A DNA stretch of 63,477 nt, counting the filler, from Octopus bimaculoides (Eukaryota): assembly GCF_001194135.2 (NCBI RefSeq). It is 5 parts of 4 records of this genome, joined end to end, with 100 filler letters (N's around TTAATTAATTAA, not from the genome) between each part and the next. Parts side by side here need not be neighbours in the genome. Positions count along the whole stretch, not along the records: positions 38,088 to 59,203 come from NC_068986.1; positions 59,304 to 61,628 come from NC_068998.1; positions 61,729 to 63,477 come from NW_026397814.1; 2 more parts are not named here. One strand, written 5' to 3'. How positions within the stretch are numbered: the stretch's first letter is position 1; the number at the start of each line of letters is the position of its first letter. The notes under the pieces were generated by a model that did no database searches, was not told the DNA's origin, and saw nothing but the letters and a program-made list of their open reading frames with translations. The translations under genes and the position numbers were made by a program. This document shows, piece after piece, positions 53,131 to 63,477 of the stretch.

Positions 53131-54034
53131 AAATACTTGTTTAATATTTAGCGAAAATGACAGCACTTGTCTACAAAGCATATGTATTAGTTTTTCTTGT
53201 TACCAATTATTATCCAATAGTAAATTATGACAGACAAATATACACTGAATCTTAGTGTATAACTGAGTTCATGTCGTTGAAGTAACATGTACAGCAGAGA
53301 GCTGCACTAAATACGATGCATTATTTAAATACGTTCCATTTATATTCGCGAGTCAAATCCTGCCTAGATCCATTTTCAGAATGAATAACATTAAAATACT
53401 TACTAAGATGGATTAACATCAACTATACGTCTCTAGAATTATTTAGCAGTATGCCAAAATTAGGAACCGTTATTAGCACTTATTATATCACACCTGAATA
53501 AAATGGAATAAAACAAGCGAATGAAGGAGTCGATTAGCAGTCAATTTAACTTCAAAGTTCACTACACATCGTCTTATAAATCGGTGAATACATTGGATAT
53601 AGTAGTCTTGAATACACTTCAACTGAAGACAACCGCAGGGAAGCCCAATTAAGATCGTCATGCAGAAAATAGAAACAACAAAGAAGAAATTGAGATAGCG
53701 GAAATGCAAATTCTGTTCATTTAGGCGCGATTCCTCTTGTGAAGTTACAAGGCTTTTCGGTCTTAATTCTCGAAGATATTTTACAGTATAATAAACTTCA
53801 AAACGACAAGACTACTGGTGAGGGAGAAATCTCGGGAGTTAATGCAGACAACCGTGTTAGCGTAAACATTCTACAATGATCTTTGAAAATATATACAAAA
53901 ATCGAAATCAATTTCATTGTAATTAAAAGCAGGTAAGATAACAGAAAAAATACAATTTAAAAATAAAAAAAACACGAATATCTTGCCTTCGTGCGTGCGT
54001 ATCTGTGTATATGCGTTTTATATACATATATACA

Positions 54035-54066
<32 letters not shown>

Positions 54067-54491
54067 AATATATACATATATATATATATAGGTATGTGTA
54101 TATGTATGTATATATATGTATATATACATATGCATATATATGTATACATGTGTGTATGTATTTATGTACACGCACACACACACATACACACACACAGACA
54201 TATAATATATATATGCTTGTGAACGTATGCATATATATGTATGTATGTATACGTATATGTATGTGCGGTTGCGTGTGTGTATGTGTATAAAGGTTAACAC
54301 TGAGTTAGCGCTTGCTGGAACCAATCTAATAGAGTTTATATATTGATTATTTCTCTACTATTACTTCATACTACTTTCCTATCGAACACTTTTTTTTGCT
54401 GGCTCCCATCTCTAATTGGTTTTATGTGGTTAAAAGGAAAAATAATTCAAAAAAATAAAACAAAGCTGAGCATATCCATTTTGTGGTTGTT

Positions 54492-54582
<91 letters not shown>

Positions 54583-54593
54583 GTAATAATAAT

Positions 54594-54637
54594 CGGTAGT
54601 GAAGTGAAAGCACGTTATAAAAATAAAACTACTGAAC
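54594..54637 (+). mobile_element. 44-bp extreme 3' end of a Dong-like LINE inside (TAA)n
   Basis: Reverse complement of 59009-59052; (TAA)n at 54494-54593 and 54638-54663. Confidence 0.85.
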
Positions 54638-55237
54638 AATAATAATAATAATAATAGTAATAATGTTATTTTCATTATTGGTCGTATTTCTTGGTATGTC
54701 TAAATAGTTTTTTTCTTCTCTTTCGTTCTGTAATCCAACATGAAAGAAACTATATATAGCGTTAGTTCTTACTTGAAGATACCTAAATTTTTGTTACTCA
54801 TACGTGATTATATAACTACAAGATATGTTTCCTTTGTTGATTTCCTCCACCACACACTGATTTATTTTTTTATCCTATATTGTTTTTTTAATTTTTTGTT
54901 TTAGTTGTTGTTTGTTATAAGGCAACAACATAATCCTGAACCTCTCTATTTTTTGTTCTCGTCAGTTCACACACATACACAGGTACACGCACGTGCACAT
55001 ACACACGCACACGCACACAAACATAGACACATGCTCAAACACACACACGCACATATATATGCATTCATAGATATATAAATATATGTATAAATGTATATAC
55101 GCATAAACATTTATGTGTTTATATACATATATATTATATACGTTTGTGTATATAGACATGTATACATGCATACATAAATATATACATATGTACATATTCA
55201 TATATACATATATATGTATATATACATATATGTATAC

Positions 55238-55273
<36 letters not shown>

Positions 55274-55699
55274 NNNNNNNNNNNNNNNNNNNNNNNNNNN
55301 NNNNNNNNNNNNNNNNNNNNNNNNNNNNNNNNNNNNNNNNNNNNNNNNNNNNNNNNNNNNNNNNNNNNNNNNNNNNNNNNNNNNNNNNNNNNNNNNNNNN
55401 NNNNNNNNNNNNNNNNNNNNNNNNNNNNNNNNNNNNNNNNNNNNNNNNNNNNNNNNNNNNNNNNNNNNNNNNNNNNNNNNNNNNNNNNNNNNNNNNNNNN
55501 NNNNNNNNNNNNNNNNNNNNNNNNNNNNNNNNNNNNNNNNNNNNNNNNNNNNNNNNNNNNNNNNNNNNNNNNNNNNNNNNNNNNNNNNNNNNNNNNNNNN
55601 NNNNNNNNNNNNNNNNNNNNNNNNNNNNNNNNNNNNNNNNNNNNNNNNNNNNNNNNNNNNNNNNNNNNNNNNNNNNNGGAGGAGGAGGAGGAGGAGGAG

Positions 55700-55736
<37 letters not shown>

Positions 55737-55955
55737 TTATTGTAACAAATGCACAACAGTACAGTCAGTAAGAATAAAATACCACATCACAAACGGTCAT
55801 GCAGCAGTATAACGGACACGTGCGCATGCACACATGCTCATATGTATGAATATGTTTATGTGTGTGTGTCTGTGTATGTATTTGTATGTGTGTGTGTGTA
55901 TTTGTATGTGTATGAGCGTGTGTGTGTGTAGGTATATGTTGTTGTGTGTATATGT

Positions 55956-56029
<74 letters not shown>

Positions 56030-56032
56030 TAC

Positions 56033-56086
<54 letters not shown>

Positions 56087-56829
56087 GTTTGGGAAGAAAA
56101 AATATATAAATTGATAACAACAACAACAATCATAATATTAGTGGTTTCTTTAATTAACCGCAAGGGCCCAAGGCGCAAGAGAGAGTACAAGGTCGTTTGA
56201 TGTCTAAAACAAACAAGCAAATTGCTGAATGAACAAACCGCTTTTGCTGCTCATCTTTTTAATTTTCATTTTATTGTTTATGTTTTCTTTTGCCCCTCAG
56301 TTTACTGATCGAATCTCTGCAATGAATTATCAATAGTTTATAGGAAAATTACACGTCTGTCGTCTACCGTTGCAGTCTTCTTACGAGTGAAATGATTGGA
56401 TGAAGTATTCACATCCCGCCATCATATTAGAAATTCTTTGATATCTGTTATAACATTCATTAAACGGAATACTCAACTTCATTTCTCCCGCTCTCTCTCC
56501 CTTTTTCTTTTTTCTCTCTCTTTCCTTCTCTATGTCTTTCTCTCCCCCTCTCTCTCTCTTTCCTTCTCTGTCTCTGTTTTTCTCTATCTCTCTTTTCGGC
56601 CGGCAGCCATTTTCATTTCAAATATTCACTTGTGTTACGAAGGACCAGGGAGTTTTTAGCATCCTTCTCTTCTTTATTTTTCACCTCTTCTTTCTCCACC
56701 TCCTCTTCTTATTCCACCTCATCTTTCCCTTCTTCCACCTCCTCATCCCTATCATCATCATTATCATCATCATCAGCAGCAGTTTTATCACCAGCTTTAT
56801 CATCATGAAGCTGTAGTCCGTTGTGGTTA

Positions 56830-57300
56830 CAGATAGCAATGCAATAATTTAGATGCTTAAAGACAGAAAGGTAACTGTCGGACCTGTGAAAGTAAGAGCC
56901 ATTTGGGTGATTTCTACCCAGAGAAGATCGAAGGGCAGAGAAAAAGGGAATATGAATAATGGTTGCTTATCCTTGCTGGGTCTGAAAGAAGGATCTCTGC
57001 TTATGGCCTTCATAAGCCCTCCATCACTAGTGAGACTGATGCTATTGGTGTCCCGCCGTTATAATTTGACTCCAACCGGAAAGACATGAGCATTGCGGCA
57101 ATTCCAAAAGGCTGACATTCTGGAAAAGAAGGATTGGGCGTAGCGGTTAGTGTTAAGTGGAGGCTATTGGGTACAATAAGTGATGAGTGTAAGAGAGACG
57201 AGTCGGTCGGATGTACCTAAGTGGAGGCGGTGTAAGCCTAATCAACGCGGAGGAACAGGTGACTCTTTGGCTCCCGTAGAAAATGGATGAGAATGGAGGT
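56830..57300 (-). mobile_element. CR1/Jockey-group LINE 3' fragment
   Basis: Minus frame TNRYAQSFFSRMSAFWN..HVFP resembles the SFF.R...LWN.LP..VFP C-terminal motif. Confidence 0.6.
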
Positions 57301-57508
57301 AACACGCTTGTAGGCAAGCAGTTTGTACGTGTATGTGAGTGCCTCTCTGAATGTCTGTATGCGCAGCAGAAACGTTATCATAAAAAACATACCAGACAAG
57401 TACTAGAGTCGATAAAATCAACTAACCTTTCCCCTTAAAATTACTGGTCTTGTGTCAATGTGTGAGACACTTATCATTGTTATCATCATTATTAATATTA
57501 TTATTATT

Positions 57509-58937
57509 TCTCTTTATCACAGGTTTTGTTGGAGTTTCTAGAGATATGCATGCCTAGCAGGCAGCAAGCTATCTGCAGCCTATGGCGCGATGCTACCCGT
57601 TCTTTTCAGTTATCTACTACTTTCCTGATTATTCTGGCCGTGCCAAGGAGGTAAACCTTTTGTAACAGCTGTATTGGGAACTCTATTCCAATTTCCTTTA
57701 TATTTTCCTTGATGCCTTCTCATACTGTTTCCAAGGACCCAACAATAACTAGCACTGTCTTCACCTTCATTTTTTATAGGTGGGCTATTTCGTACTTAAG
57801 AGGGTTGTATCTATCTATTTTTTGCCTTCCTTCTTGACTATTCGTGGGTCAAAGAGGAATGCAACATCAACTATATAGCATATGTGGTGCACCTTGTCAA
57901 CCACCTCTACTTCCGGTCTGTTATGCTCTAGCCCCTGATCTGTTTAGATTGGGAAATCCCAGAGGATTTTGCTAGTCTTCAACTCTGCCACTCTCTGCGG
58001 TTTGTGCTCATACCACGCCTTGCCTCTCTAGCCCCTACTTTTCGCACAGTTTCCAATGTAGCACGTTCGCTACCTGGTCGTGTCGCAATGGCTTCATTCA
58101 CTCTATATTGCAGATGCAGCACAGCGGAGACACTTACCCATTCCTAAGGTTGACTCTCCAGCTTGTGGTCAAAGCTTGGACTTGCGCTGCCAGTATAGTG
58201 CTTTCGGTTTCTTTTTTAGTGTTCCATTCATCAGTCAATCCCACCTATTTTCCCCAGTAATTTCTGTTATGACAATATGGAATTGTGTAGTTCCTTCTTG
58301 CAGAATTCTTCTTCATGTCCTTTTTGTACTTCTTCCTTTGTTTTTTCCTTTTTTTCTCTGCTCTCAGTACTCCCTCGTTCCTAACTGTTACTATCAAGGT
58401 TTCCTTATTTTGGACTAGATGTCCCATTAAGTTCTCGAGTTCGATATGCACACAGTCCTCTTTATATATTTGCTCTCTTCATTTATAGGCGATCAGTTTC
58501 TGCACTTGGATGATGGGCCCCATGCACCCTTAGGAGCTTTCTTGACTTCCTGTCCATCTCCTTTAGCTCCTCCTCTGTCCACTGCAGGATTCCAGCGCCA
58601 TACCGAAATACTGCGACTGCGCGCGTGTTTATTGCCGAAATTATGTTTCTGGCATTCAGCTTTGAAGCTCATATTTTTCTCATTCACAGCAGGTACTCTC
58701 TTTTTATCTTTTCTTTCGTGAAGAAATGTTTGATTCTTCTGCCCAAATTTTATTCCAAGATACCTGCACTTCAGCTTTTGAGGGGACAGACTTTACTGTA
58801 ACTGGTATTTTTTCTATCTTCCTGTAAAAATGTTTGGGGTTATTTTTGAACATGTTGTTGTCCTTGAAGAATCTAACGCGCTTTTCATACCTTGTTACGC
58901 GGGCAGCTTTAGCACATACCTTTTGCTTGGTAGTTTG

Positions 58938-58938
<1 letters not shown>
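57509..58938 (-). mobile_element. Dong/R4-like RLE LINE, 5'-truncated with the RT core deleted, in (TAA)n
   Basis: Minus frames: KAARVTRYEKRVRFFKDNNMFKNNPKHFY, SKLNARNIISAINTRAVAVFRYGAGI, LLQKVYLLGTARIIRKV; (TTA)n at 58939-59008 and a short TTA-rich tail at 57487-57508. Confidence 0.9.
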
Positions 58939-59008
<70 letters not shown>

Positions 59009-59153
59009 GTTCAGTAGTTTTATTTTTATAACGTGCTTTCACTTCACTACCGAGCGCAGCTCTGTGCGCCTTGGGTATGTGCTGTGGTTTGCTGTGATGC
59101 TCTTATGGTTACTGTATTGAAAGTGTTTTGCGTAGGATGTGTGCAGTGCCCAG
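59009..59153 (-). mobile_element. 145-bp 3' end of a Dong-like LINE between two (TTA)n runs
   Basis: Minus frame LGTAHILRKTLSIQ* plus 3' UTR; (TTA)n at 58939-59008 and 59154-59174. Confidence 0.9.
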
Positions 59154-60616
59154 TTATTATTATTATTATTATTTTATGTTTGACTTTTGTTTTGCATTTG
59201 TACNNNNNNNNNNNNNNNNNNNNNNNNNNNNNNNNNNNNNNNNNNNNTTAATTAATTAANNNNNNNNNNNNNNNNNNNNNNNNNNNNNNNNNNNNNNNNN
59301 NNNATACACACATTTACACAGACTAATACACCGATCTACACAAACATACACATACTCTACGCTTGCACCTTTTCCCAAGCTCTCTGTCTCCCAATCCTCT
59401 TTCTCTCTCACTTCTCATTTATGTCCTCCAGGGAGTAAGGGACACAACACCACACATCATCTTCTCTCTTTTCTCTCTCTTTCTTTCTTTCTGTCTTTCT
59501 GTCTTTCTTTCTTTCTGTCTTTCTGTCTTTCTTTCTTTCTGTCTTTCTTTCTCTCTCTTCTACAGGAACCAAGCCCCTTCTTCGATACCCATGCCATTCC
59601 AGTACCTTCTTGATTAAAGCGATCATCAACCATCAAGTTGATGAATCAATAACGGCAACACCGATAACCTACTCTGATATTTTCCACATGTATATTTAAT
59701 ATACCCAACCCTATTGCTGTACTTCCACTCCGTTGCATGCACACACACACACACGTATACACACGGACACAAACACACACACATACACAGAAATATATAC
59801 ACACATACACACACGTATACACCCCCATGCACAAAACAGGTTCCTCAAGGGGCCATTAGTGATATTAAATATTACAGAACATAGAAAATTCTTCCACACT
59901 TGACTAACTGCTGGCATTAACAACTTTATATATTTACAAATGTACGTGTATACTTGTGTGTTTGCATGTGTAAATGTGTGTATGTATGCAAGCTCTATCT
60001 ATCTTTCTGTCTCTCTNNNNNNNNNNNNNNNNNNNNNNNNNNNNNNNNNNNNNNNNNNNNNNNNNNNNNNNNNNNNNNNNNNNNNNNNNNNNNNNNNNNN
60101 NNNNNNNNNNNNNNNNNNNNNNNNNNNNNNNNNNNNNNNNNNNNNNNNNNNNNNNNNNNNNNNNNNNNNNNNNNNNNNNNNNNNNNNNNNNNNNNNNNNN
60201 NNNNNNNNNNNNNNNNNNNNNNNNNNNNNNNNNNNNNNNNNNNNNNNNNNNNNNNNNNNNNNNNNNNNNNNNNNNNNNNNNNNNNNNNNNNNNNNNNNNN
60301 NNNNNNNNNNNNNNNNNNNNNNNNNNNNNNNNNNNNNNNNNNNNNNNNNNNNNNNNNNNNNNNNNNNNNNNNNNNNNNNNNNNNNNNNNNNNNNNNNNNN
60401 NNNNNNNNNNNNNNNNNNNNNNNNNNNNNNNNNNNNNNNNNNNNNNNNNNNNNNNNNNNNNNNNNNNNNNNNNNNNNNNNNNNNNNNNNNNNNNNNNNNN
60501 NNNNNNNNTATATATTTATATATATATATATATATTTCTCTTTCTTTATATACATATATATATATACACACACATATATATACATAGTATATAGATATAC
60601 ATACATGTGTGTATGC

Positions 60617-60659
<43 letters not shown>

Positions 60660-60949
60660 TACATATACATTATATAAAAATATATATCTTATTTATATTA
60701 TATATATATGTATAAATGTATTTACATATATATCTGTGTGATATGGTGTGTGTATGTGTGTGTCTATAAATATACACATTGACACAGATAGCTGAATAGA
60801 TTGATAAATAGATAGACCAACACACAAATAGACAGGCAGTCAGACAGATGGCCTTATATCTACCTATTCATCAATCTATCTGATCTCTCTCTCCTTTTCT
60901 CTCTCTCTCACTCTCTCTCTTTCTCTCTCTCTATATATATACAATATAC

Positions 60950-61009
<60 letters not shown>

Positions 61010-61427
61010 TATATATATATGTGTATGTTTTCATTTGATTTCTGTTTGTGTGTGTTATATAAACCTTCATAAATACACGCAACTGACATTAATTCTTCTA
61101 CAGGAAGTGAACAATTTAATACAATGTATTTATATGAATTGATAATTAACAAAATATTTTAGGGAAGAAAATCTCTATTGAAATCTATCAAAATTACATA
61201 AACTAACAAACAAATGAATGTAATAATAAGCATTATTAATATGTTACTAATTACAATGTTAATGATAATATAATCCATATTTGGCAACGAAATATGTTAT
61301 ATCATGGTTTGGCAGAGTTCAATAACAGGAACATGCTAACTATATGTAGATACATAGAAGGCAGCTTCTTCTATTTCTTCTTCTTTTCACTGTGTATATT
61401 TTCATCACATATATATATATATGTATA

Positions 61428-61611
61428 TGGCACGTAAAAGCACCCACTACACTCTCGGAGTGGTTGGCGTTAGGACGGGCATCCAACTGTAGAAACTCTG
61501 CCAGATCAGATTGGAGCCTGGTGCAGCCATCCGGTTCACCAGTCCTCAGTCAAATCGTCCAACCCATGCTAGCATGGAAAGCGGATGTTAAACGATGATG
61601 ATGATGATGAT
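61428..61611 (+). mobile_element. SINE/LINE 3' portion with a (GAT)n tail (RTE-type tail)
   Basis: ggttggcgttaggacgggcatcc...ccaacccatgctagcatggaaagcggatgttaaac(gat)n. Confidence 0.65.
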
Positions 61612-62570
61612 ATATATATATATATATANNNNNNNNNNNNNNNNNNNNNNNNNNNNNNNNNNNNNNNNNNNNTTAATTAATTAANNNNNNNNNNNNNNNN
61701 NNNNNNNNNNNNNNNNNNNNNNNNNNNNATTAATATTAAATAGATATGATGATAGAATGAGGTGAAATTGTAAACCGTGTTAAATTGATCTTAAGTTAGT
61801 AAAATTAAAAGGAAATAAATTGTATGAAAACTTTTGGCTAAATGTAGGAAATAGTATTGTGAGTGAAGATATGACGAAGTAAATTAACAAAAGATAGATA
61901 TATAGGAATCGAAGTCCTGAATCTTATTTTTAAAAAACGTTATTTAGGATTAAATATGAAAAGAATAAATTAATATGTGTGATATAGTAAGATATTAAAA
62001 TATTTTTTTAAGGGAATTCTACGCTATATAGATGAAGTAAAGAATGATTTATGATCGACGATATGATAAAATAATTGTCGATTAAAAATATATACGTGTG
62101 TGTGCGTGTGCGCGCGTGCGTGTGTGTGTGATAAAAATATATACGTGTGTGTGCATGTGTGTGTATATGTGTGTATTGAGCTTTCTAATGGGTAAGAAAA
62201 AACAAAATATGTATAATCTTTGCTTCTTCTTTTTGGTCTTCGATTTAAAATTCAAACTTCTAATCCTGCATTGATCTAGAAATTATCTCCTTCACCGTAG
62301 CGGACCACCAGAGCATACCAAGTGTATATATATAAAGTTCTGAATCTTGTTTGTCAATGCATGATGGAGTCTGGAAAAGGAAAGAGGAAGGGAAAAGCTA
62401 ATAAAATTTTTGTAACAGAGAGATAGTATTAACAGTGGGAAAAAAGAAACAGATTGAAAATGTTTATAGATTCTGAAAGTTCAGTGAATGCAAGAAGCCT
62501 AATCAGAGTGCCTATTAAGATTAGAATCTTCGCGAATAGTACACAAATTACCTCTAGTACACAAATTACA

Positions 62571-62930
62571 GGAGTTTTATATTTTCAGGAGCTGGCTTTA
62601 AAATAATTTTCTTAAGGCATGGGCACACCGGGCAGTTGCTCAGAGGCCTCACGGATCTGGATCCTCAGTTTTGACTTATGTATATTTTGGCTTGCTGTCG
62701 ATTAATAAACACCAGGGGATCCAATAAATTGATTTGCTGGGGATTGCCTTAGGAGTTTTATATTTTCAGGAGCTCGCTTTAGAATAATTTTCTTAAGGCA
62801 TGGGTACACCGGGCAGTTGCCCAGAGGCCTCACGGATCTAGAGCCTCAGTTTTGATCAATGTATATTTTGGCTTGCTGTCAATTAATAAACACTAGGGGA
62901 TCCAATAAATTGATTTTCTGGGGATTGCCT
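62571..62930. repeat. 181-bp tandem duplication, about 93% identical
   Basis: Units start at 62571 and 62752; 12 mismatches counted by eye. Confidence 0.9.
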
Positions 62931-63477
62931 GAGTCTGATCTATGTATGATGTACCTGACTGTCAATAAATAAATAAATATTATAGGGCCCAGTGCATCGA
63001 TTTGCTAAGACGGCCATCATAATTTAATTTTCATATCGAGTAGTAGCTGGCTAATATGTTTTCTTTTGTTCTTTTCCTCGGAATTCCTGGAAAACCGGAT
63101 ATGCGTATTGTAACAAAAGTTGAAAGTATTAGAAATCATTACAAACTAGTGAGTTACAGATATTATTAGTAAGGATGGTGACTTGTTATACTATGTCCTT
63201 AGCAAAGTAATTGAAATGTAAGCTATGTATTGGGGAGTTAATACAGCCATATGAGTTTGTGGATGAATTTCTGCTATGTGTAGTCAGTTATCAAAGTTAA
63301 GAATTATAGAAAATGAGATTTTCAAATAAGATCTTTCGTCAAAACTTTAGTAATATGTTGTGGAGAGAAGTGCTTCTTACATGATTTATAAATACCTTAT
63401 CAACGGGTGTAGCTACAAGGATAGTGAAGGACCATTAAATCAGATGACATAATTTTCATGCAACTTTATTCATATAT

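Noticed and set aside
1-63477. CRISPR arrays, rRNA, intact tRNA genes and prokaryotic systems
   Set aside because: None seen; the periodic structures are microsatellites, minisatellites or transposon-derived.

Overview
Draft-assembly eukaryotic DNA, AT-rich, with many N gaps and very dense di-, tri- and tetranucleotide microsatellites. The SINE families look like those I recall from Octopus, so the species call (coleoid cephalopod) is an inference. No recognisable host gene is present. Most six-frame ORFs come from microsatellites, N runs or decayed transposons. The window holds an internally deleted Gypsy LTR element, two Tc1 elements, a Tigger/pogo 5' end, a maT/DD37D-like mariner relic, a hAT MITE, about five tRNA-derived SINE families and many non-LTR retrotransposon fragments. 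The strongest signal is that 5'-truncated LINE fragments repeatedly have the same microsatellite on both sides. One RLE (R4/Dong-like) family sits in (CATA)n. An RTE-like family sits in the same repeat but on the opposite strand. At least three Dong-like subfamilies sit in (TAA)n. These copies pile up head-to-tail in single arrays (1116-2290, 23290-26919, 57487-59174). The repeat-poor 8.7-22.7 kb segment contains one unexplained 196-codon minus-strand ORF and several exon-like stretches, all low confidence. All alignments and translations were done by eye.
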